This document shows, piece after piece, positions 48,696-56,602 of a stretch of DNA of 64,000 nt (positions are counted from its first letter, which is position 1; every line of letters begins with the position of its first letter). The position numbers and the translations under genes are program-made. This stretch comes from Candidatus Poseidoniaceae archaeon (GTDB lineage Archaea; Thermoplasmatota; Poseidoniia; Poseidoniales; Poseidoniaceae). The DNA lies in assembly GCA_028356125.1 (NCBI GenBank), contig JAOMTZ010000003.1, positions 25,557 to 89,556 of the forward strand, given 5' to 3'. Under the pieces are notes generated by a model. The model searched no databases, was not told the origin of the DNA, and was given only the letters and a program-made list of their open reading frames with translations.

Positions 48696-50129
48696 GTGGC
48701 CGGCAGAAAAACATCAGCAGAGAAGTCTCGAGAGGATGCAGAAAACGCGGCTGCAGATGATATGTTTGGGGGCGCTTTCGACAGCCTCGAGGGTTTCACA
48801 CCCCCTGTGTTGGAAGAACCGGAGTCTCCCGAATCTCTAGCCGAAATACCAGGCGAGGAATCAATGGACGAGGCAGGTTCAGAAGAATCAGAAACCGATG
48901 ATTCCAAGGTAGATTCAACCGAAGACTCTTTGCAAACCAAAACCCCCTCTGGTCCACCAGGCCCTCCCGGTCCACCTTCAGGGCCACCAAGTGGCCCACC
49001 AACGGGTCCACCAACGGGTCCACCAAGCGGCCCACCTTCAGGCCCTCCCCAGGGGCCACCATCTGGTCCCCCGAGTGGCCCGCCCTCAGGTCCTCCAAGC
49101 GGCCCACCCGGCGCTCCTCCTGCGGATTCAACAACCGAAGGAGAATCCACCACAGAATCGAGTGATGAAGAACCAGAATCCGAGTCAGAAGCAGTTGTTG
49201 GAGACGAAGAACCAGCGGTAATCGAAACTGTAGAAGAGATCGAAAGCCCTGTTGAAGAAACCCCCGAAGTCTCTGCCGAAGAGGCCGATGAAACTCCGGT
49301 AGATCAACCCGAGCCAGAGGCAATTGTCGAACAAGAAGAGGCGGCACCTACGCCCCAGCCAATCCTTCCGAAACCGAGCATTTCCAATCGCGCAGAGGCT
49401 GCAGAAAAAGAAGCAATCATGCTTTCAGGCGAAGTAAACAGTTTGCGAAGCTCCCTGGTAGGAGCAGTAGCGATAATCGAAGAGTTGGAAACACAGCCTA
49501 TGCCGCCAGCAGTATTGGCGGCAGACATCGTTGTTCCCGACCACTTAGTTGCAGACGTTGCTAGATTAGCAAGGCAGTTGGATAGAGAACAATTAGTTAG
49601 AGCCAACATGGGAGCAATTGCAATGCTGCATCCAGGAATGCACGGAGTAATGATTACAACCCGTTCTGGAGTGACGCTTTCCAGACTAAACGAGCGCGGG
49701 CTTGTTGGTGGAAGGCTGGGCCAAGGGGCCCCCGAAGGAGCAACTGCAGACTGGCGAACCCTCGAAGTATTGTTGGCTACGAAATCTCTTGATACCGGGG
49801 GACCTGCTGCATGTATTCACATGATGGGCGCTTACACTACAGCGGTTAGTTGTGAAAAAGACCTAATCCTTTGTACCCCGATAGATGAAGTTGGGAAGAA
49901 AATGTTAGGAAAAATCGTAATCGTAGATCCCGATGAAGCAAACCCAGACGCGTTCCTTAGGCAAACGAATGAAGCCCTAAAACAGGGAGGCATGAAGTGC
50001 GTAGTTATTCGTGGCCATGGAGCCTATTGTGTCGGTTACGACTTGGATGATGCTTGGGCAAATGCGGCAATGCTAGAACATAGTATGCAGATTTCTTTGC
50101 TAGCAAGACAAGCGAATCTCAAGGTTTGA
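48696..50129 (+). CDS. class II aldolase/adducin-like domain fused to a long acidic, Pro-rich N-terminal region
   Basis: (S/T)GPP tetrapeptide repeats and E-rich linker; C-terminal domain has ADWRTL, CIHMMG, IRGHGAYCVG. Confidence 0.75.
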   Translation: MAGRKTSAEKSREDAENAAADDMFGGAFDSLEGFTPPVLEEPESPESLAEIPGEESMDEAGSEESETDDSKVDSTEDSLQTKTPSGPPGPPGPPSGPPSGPPTGPPTGPPSGPPSGPPQGPPSGPPSGPPSGPPSGPPGAPPADSTTEGESTTESSDEEPESESEAVVGDEEPAVIETVEEIESPVEETPEVSAEEADETPVDQPEPEAIVEQEEAAPTPQPILPKPSISNRAEAAEKEAIMLSGEVNSLRSSLVGAVAIIEELETQPMPPAVLAADIVVPDHLVADVARLARQLDREQLVRANMGAIAMLHPGMHGVMITTRSGVTLSRLNERGLVGGRLGQGAPEGATADWRTLEVLLATKSLDTGGPAACIHMMGAYTTAVSCEKDLILCTPIDEVGKKMLGKIVIVDPDEANPDAFLRQTNEALKQGGMKCVVIRGHGAYCVGYDLDDAWANAAMLEHSMQISLLARQANLKV

Positions 50130-50130
50130 A

Positions 50131-50586
50131 TCACAGTAAATCTTCTGGCTCGTCTCTAGATGAAAAGCGAATCACACTTCCATCACTGTCAATTACGAAC
50201 TTAGCAAAGTTCCAGCGAATATCTCCTTCGTATCCGCCGGCGTCTTGTGCCTTTGATAGATTTTCGAATAGAGGCGTTGCCCCCGCTCCTTTGACTTCGA
50301 CCTTTGCCATCAAAGGGAAATCAACTCCGAATTTGGACTCGGTGAATTCACATATTTCTTCATGAGATCCAGGTTCTTGCGCACCAAACTGGTTGCAAGG
50401 GAATCCTACAACAGTTACCCCTTCCTTCACAGACAACTCTTGGAGCCCAGCATATTGCCTAGTAAATCCACAAGCGCTAGCAACGTTGACTACGACCCAA
50501 GTGTCGGTACTATCCTCTCCGATTTCGCGGAGCGTGGTTTTCTTGCCATCCATGTCCTCAATTTCAATATCTAATGGATTATCCAT
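50131..50586 (-). CDS. glutathione peroxidase family (Cys-type)
   Basis: Motifs VNVASACG, GFPCNQFGAQEPG, WNFAKF. Confidence 0.92.
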   Translation of the reverse strand: MDNPLDIEIEDMDGKKTTLREIGEDSTDTWVVVNVASACGFTRQYAGLQELSVKEGVTVVGFPCNQFGAQEPGSHEEICEFTESKFGVDFPLMAKVEVKGAGATPLFENLSKAQDAGGYEGDIRWNFAKFVIDSDGSVIRFSSRDEPEDLL

Positions 50587-50718
50587 GCCATTGGCAGGGG
50601 GCCGATATCTTCAATGTTGCTGGATTCTCGTTTAATTTTATATAAAAATAAATCAATTAATATCTTTTTAGATTTTACAATACATGGGATTAAAACCTCT
50701 TACATTTCCGGAGAGAAT

Positions 50719-52476
50719 ATGCATCTTACACCTACTGAGTATGATTTTGGAGATATGTCGAATTATTTCTTTGCCACAACGATAACCTGCGCTAATGAAG
50801 AAGCAAGGAAAATGTATGTCCTAGGATTTGGACACATGTTGAATTACAACCACGAAGAAGCAATTGCTTGTTTCAGTAAGTGTGCAGAACTCGACCCTAC
50901 TTGCGCAATGGCATGGTGGGGTATTGCTTACTGTGTATCTTCTAGCTACAATTGGCCTCCAGGGCTAGGCTCAGGACACGACCCAATTCAACAAGCGGTT
51001 TCTCTCAAAGACGGATGTACTGAATTAGAGAAGGATTTGATAGATGCTCTAGCACAACGCCACTCTGCAGAAGCACGCGATGCGGCAGATCCAACAGTCC
51101 TCAACATGGGCAACAGCCCAGAATTAAATGTTGCATTCGCAGAAGCAATGGCTCCACTGTATGAAAAATACAGAGGTAATTTGGATGTTACTGCGGTTTA
51201 TGTTGAAGCCCTAATGAATCTGAAAGCTTGGCAATTATGGGATAAGAACACAACAACCGGAGAAATCACTCCTGCAGATGATAATACACTGTTGCTTGTC
51301 AAGGTCATGGAAGATGCTTTCGAAACAGTGGAAGGCGCCAAAGAGCACATTGCCCTATGCCACTTGTATTGCCACGCTTTGGAATTATCACCATTCCCGG
51401 AGCGTGCTTTACCAGCAGCCGATGTTTTGCGAACAGCAATGCCGGGATTAGGGCACTTGGTCCACATGCCATCTCACATAGATGCCTGGGTAGGACAGTG
51501 GAAAGAGGCTGTAGATTGTAATATTGCTGCAGTTAAAGCCGACGATAAGTATGTCGAACTTACCGGTAACGAATCACAGTTTTACAAATTCTATCGAATG
51601 CACAACCACCACTTCGTAGTTTGGTGTGCAATGTTCGAAGGCCAATACGAAGTTGCAATGAAGTACGCTCGTAAGGCAGTTGCAACACTCCCTGCAGGAG
51701 ACAAAGATTCCGGAGTTCAATTCATGCTCGCCGGGATTATTCCAATGGGAGCAATTTTCCTAGAGTCCTATGTTACAATGCCATGGCACGTAATGATTAG
51801 ATTCGGTAAGTGGGATGAAATAATTGCAGAACCGATGCATTCCGACAAGGATGTATTCCCGGCTGCAATTGCAACACAGCACTACGCAAGAGGCGTCGCT
51901 TATGCATCCAAGGGAATGGTCCCTGAGGCAGAAGCAGAACAGGTTCTATTCAATCAAGCACTTGAGAACCCAGCGCTTGCAGGAAGAGTACTGCATAACA
52001 ACTTGATGTATCAAGATCCATCTGATGGACCTTGTATCTTATTGGTTAACGAAGCAGTCCTTTCTGGAGAAATCGAATACCGCAGACAATTCTTAGCCAA
52101 AGAAAGAGGCGATGCTTCAGACTTCACTGTAGCATTCGACCACCTGCGTCGAGGAGTAGACCTTTCACTAAACCTAGCATACAACGAACCATGGGGCCAG
52201 ATGCAACCAGTTCGCCACATTCTAGGTGCACTACTTCACGAACAAGGTCATTATGAAGAGGCAGAAGAAGTCTACCGTGCTGACATCAAGTTGTGGAAAG
52301 ACAACATGTGGGGACTACTCGGACTCAAACTCTGCCTAGAAGCAAGAGGAGATGCGCCCGAGGAACTCGCTGCAGTCACTGCACTATTCAACGAACGCAG
52401 TTCTAGAGCAGACATCGTTCCTGCAAAGACCTGCTTCTGTGCGCAAGACAGCATCGAAAAGAGCTGTTGCGACTAA
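50719..52476 (+). CDS. TPR-like repeat protein
   Basis: Motifs YNHEEA..CF, AMAWWGIAY, HLYCHALE, GHLVHMPSH, YNEPW; start refined to ATG 50719. Confidence 0.75.
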   Translation: MHLTPTEYDFGDMSNYFFATTITCANEEARKMYVLGFGHMLNYNHEEAIACFSKCAELDPTCAMAWWGIAYCVSSSYNWPPGLGSGHDPIQQAVSLKDGCTELEKDLIDALAQRHSAEARDAADPTVLNMGNSPELNVAFAEAMAPLYEKYRGNLDVTAVYVEALMNLKAWQLWDKNTTTGEITPADDNTLLLVKVMEDAFETVEGAKEHIALCHLYCHALELSPFPERALPAADVLRTAMPGLGHLVHMPSHIDAWVGQWKEAVDCNIAAVKADDKYVELTGNESQFYKFYRMHNHHFVVWCAMFEGQYEVAMKYARKAVATLPAGDKDSGVQFMLAGIIPMGAIFLESYVTMPWHVMIRFGKWDEIIAEPMHSDKDVFPAAIATQHYARGVAYASKGMVPEAEAEQVLFNQALENPALAGRVLHNNLMYQDPSDGPCILLVNEAVLSGEIEYRRQFLAKERGDASDFTVAFDHLRRGVDLSLNLAYNEPWGQMQPVRHILGALLHEQGHYEEAEEVYRADIKLWKDNMWGLLGLKLCLEARGDAPEELAAVTALFNERSSRADIVPAKTCFCAQDSIEKSCCD

Positions 52477-52590
52477 TCGTAGGTTAGTTTACGCCGACAC
52501 ATAGCAATACCTTTGATTAATCAAAACCCGAGCAATGGGCCCCCCTCTGACTAGCCTCTAATTTATACCACGATTCACCATGGCCATTTC

Positions 52591-52863
52591 ATGACGAATT
52601 GGGAACATAAATCGAACTCATGGGCAACACACATAGAAGCCCCAAGGAAAAAATGGGCTTGTTGCAAGCCTAGGATTACATTTACTGGAGGTACCCATTG
52701 TTCCTATTGCGGTAAATTGAATCCTAATCTAACAGAGGAACCGTTAGAATTTGATGATTGGTTGAATGAACAGTGTGTTGGTGGCTGGGAAGTCATAAAA
52801 ATCTCAAGGAATTACAAATCACAGATTTCAAAAACATGGTGTGTGTTCCGTCGAGAAATCTAA
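52591..52863 (+). CDS. DUF4177-like small protein with Zn-ribbon insertion
   Basis: WEHK...LNE...GWEV...FRR frame with CC...CSYCG inserted. Confidence 0.6.
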   Translation: MTNWEHKSNSWATHIEAPRKKWACCKPRITFTGGTHCSYCGKLNPNLTEEPLEFDDWLNEQCVGGWEVIKISRNYKSQISKTWCVFRREI

Positions 52864-52988
52864 TTTTCATTGGGTCTATCCGGATACCCTTTGCTCAGGT
52901 ATTAGCAAATCAAAGGGCTTGCAGTGGGTCTTGTCAGACGCTAGCGACTGTATCGACCCACTGAATCCCCTTGTATCGTAAAATCAAA

Positions 52989-53017
52989 TGCAAAGGGGTT
53001 TCGGATAACCCCTTGCA
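52989..53017. terminator. hairpin between convergent genes
   Basis: TGCAAAGGGGTT-TCGGAT-AACCCCTTGCA. Confidence 0.5.
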
Positions 53018-53028
53018 ACTCATCCGAA

Positions 53029-53283
53029 TCAATTTGTCGCTGCTTTGGATTTCTTTCGGTTACGATTCCACTTCTTGATACGAGGCAGTTGCCACTTGAT
53101 GATTCCAGTCCAGAAAACAATCGCTACCACAGCTTGTCCAACAAACATCGTGACCCAAGGATCGTTGTCCCAGGCGTCAGTGTTTCCAGTGAAAGTAATT
53201 CGAGCGAAATAAACAGAAATCATCATCCCAAAGGTCAGATGAACCCAACGAAGAATTGTATTCCAATTTCTTGCCAAATTCAT
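53029..53283 (-). CDS. small 2-TM membrane protein
   Basis: LRWVHL...TM...TM with a basic tail; ATGA overlap with the upstream microprotein gene. Confidence 0.7.
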   Translation of the reverse strand: MNLARNWNTILRWVHLTFGMMISVYFARITFTGNTDAWDNDPWVTMFVGQAVVAIVFWTGIIKWQLPRIKKWNRNRKKSKAATN

Positions 53284-53399
53284 TCCTCTTTTGAGCTCTC
53301 TTGGTGTTCTTTCAATTTCGCTTCATATTCTTCTTTGGAAAGACCATGCCATCCTATACACATTCCAGTTGGTGATCTTCCACATCCGCATTTACTCAT
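53280..53399 (-). CDS. 39-aa CDGSH-like (3Cys-1His) microprotein (absent from the ORF track)
   Basis: My translation: MSKCGCGRSPTGMCIGWHGLSKEEYEAKLKEHQESSKEE*; AGGAG RBS upstream. Confidence 0.72.
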   Translation of the reverse strand: MSKCGCGRSPTGMCIGWHGLSKEEYEAKLKEHQESSKEE

Positions 53400-53523
53400 A
53401 ATATCATTTCTCCTTGTCACTGGGAGATACCCTTCCTATTAAGGTGAAAAAGTCCCAAAGCAGAAACTATGGTATCTGGTTTGAAACTGGGTGGTTGATA
53501 TAATCAAGCAACTTGGTATCGGT

Positions 53524-53856
53524 ATGCAACCACCAGTTTATGCGCAGCCCCTTTGCTTGCAATCACAAGGACGAGAATTCATCGAACTGTTAGGGAAGTC
53601 ACATGTTCTCAACATGTTGTTTTTCATGTCCCGTACGAAAAAACCAATGAGATTTAATCAACTTAAGCGAGATATAGGCATTACTGCGACCACGCTCGGC
53701 CGTCGCTTGGATGAGATGATTAGGCAGGGGCTGGTTGATCGAGAAGTTTTTGCTGAAGTTCCTGCAAGGGTTGAGTATGAATTGTCAGAAAAAGGCAGAA
53801 CGCTGGGGCCAATCCTCAAATCTGTTTTTGAATGGGTTGGAAGCAATAATTCCTAG
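53524..53856 (+). CDS. HxlR-family winged-helix transcriptional regulator
   Basis: Motifs MRFNQL, TLGRRLDEM...GLVDR.V..EVPARVEYELSEKG. Confidence 0.92.
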   Translation: MQPPVYAQPLCLQSQGREFIELLGKSHVLNMLFFMSRTKKPMRFNQLKRDIGITATTLGRRLDEMIRQGLVDREVFAEVPARVEYELSEKGRTLGPILKSVFEWVGSNNS

Positions 53857-53868
53857 GGTGGTTCAGAA

Positions 53869-54132
53869 ATGAAAGTAATATCAAAATTCAAAGTGACCAA
53901 AGGTTACGGTGTATGGAAGAAAGAATTCGAGTCAAACGAGGCCATGAGGCTAAAACATAACGTCAGAGTCTTAGCTTACGGTCATGAAAACGACAACGAA
54001 AGTAACGTATACACGGTTGTCGAAATGGATTCGATTGAGGATAAGCGATTAAAGGACCCCAATATGATCAAATTTAGAAATAAGGCCGGAGTTGACCACG
54101 CATCGTTGGAAATCATAGCATTGGTTGAATAA
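53869..54132 (+). CDS. small hypothetical protein (possible DUF3764/ABM-like fold)
   Basis: 87 aa; pattern KV..Y..WK..F; directly downstream of the HxlR gene. Confidence 0.55.
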   Translation: MKVISKFKVTKGYGVWKKEFESNEAMRLKHNVRVLAYGHENDNESNVYTVVEMDSIEDKRLKDPNMIKFRNKAGVDHASLEIIALVE

Positions 54133-54452
54133 TGTCACTGAACATACCCTTGCTTCATCAGTCGAGATGTATAGAGGGTATACTCCGTAGGAGAAGATAA
54201 CACGAGAAATCGCAAGGGCCCCCTTCTGTATCGACGGGTGTCGTAAGGGGATACAGAGGGGGTAGCGTCTTACATGACCCACTGCAAACTGGAATTAAAC
54301 CTACAGGAGGCTAGTCCGAACAGGCCACTAAGGAGCAGCGGGCGTTAGCAACCGGGGGCGTGTTTGTAATTTATGCAAAACGCATCAGCACCCATGCATA
54401 CCGTATTATAAGGCAGAAGACAGGCTCCTAAAAGCCCCACAGCAAGCCAACC

Positions 54453-55043
54453 TCAGGGTTTTTTGGCGACGTTACAGACTTCAACGAAGTTCTCGAACAT
54501 CTCTTTACCAAACTCTGAATCGTTTACCTCGGGGTGAAATTGCAGACCAAACCGGTCCCCTGCGTTGTTTTCCATCCCTTGGATATTACAAGACTCACTC
54601 GAAGCGGTTATAAAAAACGAATCAGGCAATACGTGAACCTCGTCGTTGTGACTTTCCCAAACAGTTTGTGTTTCTGGCGTATTTGCAAAGATAGCACCAC
54701 CTCCGCCGACTAGATCTATACTCATTGCGCCGAATTCAGGCTTGGGCGACTCCCTAGCATCTCCCCCGTAGTGCCTTGCCATGAATTGATGGCCAGCACA
54801 TATTCCCAAAATTGGAATATCTAATTCTAGGAATGCTGCACAATTACCTAATTCTCCGGACAATCCTATCCGGGCGGCTCCTCCTGAAAGTACCAGCCCG
54901 TCAAGTTCTCTGAGTTCTTCTACAGGAGTATTATTCTCAATGATCTGTGTATCTACACCCAAATAACGTAGCATGCGCCATTCTCGGTGAGTCCATTGTC
55001 CACCATTGTCAACTACATCGATGACGAGTTTGTCTCCGGGCAT
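54453..55043 (-). CDS. guaA: GMP synthase glutaminase subunit A
   Basis: Motifs VVDNGGQWTH, LSGG, GICAGHQ, QFHPE; stand-alone archaeal subunit; start refined to MPGDK. Confidence 0.93.
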   Translation of the reverse strand: MPGDKLVIDVVDNGGQWTHREWRMLRYLGVDTQIIENNTPVEELRELDGLVLSGGAARIGLSGELGNCAAFLELDIPILGICAGHQFMARHYGGDARESPKPEFGAMSIDLVGGGGAIFANTPETQTVWESHNDEVHVLPDSFFITASSESCNIQGMENNAGDRFGLQFHPEVNDSEFGKEMFENFVEVCNVAKKP

Positions 55044-55138
55044 GCCAATATGGGGCCGCGCGCCACCCATGAACCTTGCTTGTCGCAAAGGACACCTTCA
55101 AAGAGGGGAGGCCGGTCGCGCAGATGAGAGTGAACGAT

Positions 55139-55306
55139 ATGGCTGACCTCACTGTTGATTACAAGTGCGCAAATTGTGGTACCATCCAAAGCTTCACACG
55201 TGACCGTGAAGGAAAGTGGCAACCAGCAATGACTTGCAAAGTCTGTGGAACACGTATTTTCCTTAAATTAAGAAGGACAGGACACAAGATCCTCGACGCA
55301 GAGTGA
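55139..55306 (+). CDS. rpoP: DNA-directed RNA polymerase subunit P (Rpo12)
   Basis: Motif YKCANCG...CKVCGTRIFLKLR; start refined. Confidence 0.85.
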   Translation: MADLTVDYKCANCGTIQSFTRDREGKWQPAMTCKVCGTRIFLKLRRTGHKILDAE

Positions 55307-55358
55307 GCACATTCACTCACCGAGGGGTTGAAAGACCCACTCGCCACCATTCTTACTA

Positions 55359-56495
55359 ATGGCATCTTGGCTTGAGTCTCATGCACCTCGCCGATTCGAC
55401 GAATTGGCGATGTCTGAATCCATCCAAAGCAACTTACAGAAAGTTGCAGTTCAGGCCAACCCGCCTCATCTAATCCTAGCCGGACCAACCGGCGTTGGTA
55501 AAACTGCGGCCTGGAGATTGATCGCCAGACAGATATTGGGCCCTTCTTGGCATTCTACTACACACGTTCTCCAAGCAAGGGATTTGGCTAAGAGTGCAGG
55601 CGCAATGAAAAAATTCGAAGAGTTTCTCAAACCGGGCGGAACATCGTCAAAAGATACACTAGCAGGTAGGTCTTCATTAGATTCGTTTGATTCTAATCTC
55701 ACAGTTGCAGATGAAGGAGACACTCCACCTGCAGGCATTGAGAACCATTCACGAATAGACGCCTCTGGTGCAAAAGTTTCCCGCTTAATTATCATCGAAG
55801 ATGCTGATCATCTCGGTCCAACAAGGCAACCCTACCTCAGAAGAATGATGGAATCGACTTCATCCACATCGAGATTCATTTTCACAGCCAGGTCCCCATC
55901 CAGAATAATTGATGCATTACGATCACGTTCAAAACAAATCAGAATACCATCTACTCCTAAACAGATAGTCACTAAGCGCCTCGAGGAGATAGTAAACAAA
56001 GAGGAGTTATCGCCAATTAGGGGGATATTGGGTGATATTTCGCACGTGGCGAATGGCAATTTGCGACGCGCTGTATTCCTGTTGGAACTTTTATCCAGGC
56101 AAAATAAAATCAACGATAGAAGTAATTTACAAAAAGTCGTTGCTGCAACAACCCTTCTTGGTATTCAGCATGTTTTGGAGGAAGCCCTCCGGGGCAGAGT
56201 CCATGATTGGAAATGGGAGAAACAAAGCGGTCGTAATAAACGGGTTTTGAAAGGCGCCCTAGGCGCTTTAGATCAATTGATGAACGAGCATGCATTAGAG
56301 GCAGAAGATGTCGTGTACCATATCCACAGGCTACTTACCACCGGAAGGTTACTACTCGAAGAAACGATGCTCTGTGAATTATTAGAGGCATTGGCAGATT
56401 GCGATGTTAAACTACAGAAATCTATGCATGGCAGAGTTCAACTTGAGGAATTTCTTCATCGCGTTAAAGAGATATCTCAAAATCAAAACTCTTGA
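55359..56495 (+). CDS. replication factor C small subunit-like AAA+ protein (divergent)
   Basis: Motifs APRRFDEL, PPHLILAGPTGVGKT, IIEDAD, LRSRS, GNLRRA. Confidence 0.8.
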   Translation: MASWLESHAPRRFDELAMSESIQSNLQKVAVQANPPHLILAGPTGVGKTAAWRLIARQILGPSWHSTTHVLQARDLAKSAGAMKKFEEFLKPGGTSSKDTLAGRSSLDSFDSNLTVADEGDTPPAGIENHSRIDASGAKVSRLIIIEDADHLGPTRQPYLRRMMESTSSTSRFIFTARSPSRIIDALRSRSKQIRIPSTPKQIVTKRLEEIVNKEELSPIRGILGDISHVANGNLRRAVFLLELLSRQNKINDRSNLQKVVAATTLLGIQHVLEEALRGRVHDWKWEKQSGRNKRVLKGALGALDQLMNEHALEAEDVVYHIHRLLTTGRLLLEETMLCELLEALADCDVKLQKSMHGRVQLEEFLHRVKEISQNQNS

Positions 56496-56503
56496 TTCTT
56501 ACT

Positions 56504-56580
56504 TGGCGGACACGGCAGGATTTGAACCCGCGATCTGCGGCTTAGGAGGCCGCCGCCTTATCCAGCTGGGCCACGTGTCC
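56504..56580 (-). tRNA. tRNA-Arg(CCT), CCA encoded
   Basis: Minus strand reads GGACACGTGGCCCAGCTGGATAAGGCG-GCGGC-CT-CCT-AA-GCCGC-AGATCGCGGGTTCAAATCCTGCCGTGTCCGCCA. Confidence 0.96.
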
Positions 56581-56602
56581 AAATGGTCGGTGAGGCCAAC
56601 CT

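Larger units (their letters stand above)
52919..54287. repeat. pair of inverted repeats (23/25 bp) bounding a four-gene cassette
   Basis: Left, plus strand 52919-52943: TTGCAGTGGGTCTTGTCAGACGCTA. Right, minus strand 54287-54263: TTGCAGTGGGTCATGTAAGACGCTA. Both are followed by CTGTATC. Confidence 0.8.

Noticed and set aside
48950-49125. Collagen-like repeat or CRISPR-like DNA repeat
   Set aside because: The period is mostly four residues (xGPP), not Gly-X-Y. The 12-bp DNA units vary at synonymous positions and have no spacers.
50131-50586. Selenocysteine glutathione peroxidase
   Set aside because: The active-site codon encodes Cys (ASACG) with no in-frame TGA.
54133-54452. RNase P RNA or tmRNA
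   Set aside because: The GAGGAAAGUCC P4 motif is absent and no tRNA-like acceptor/T-arm pairing could be built.
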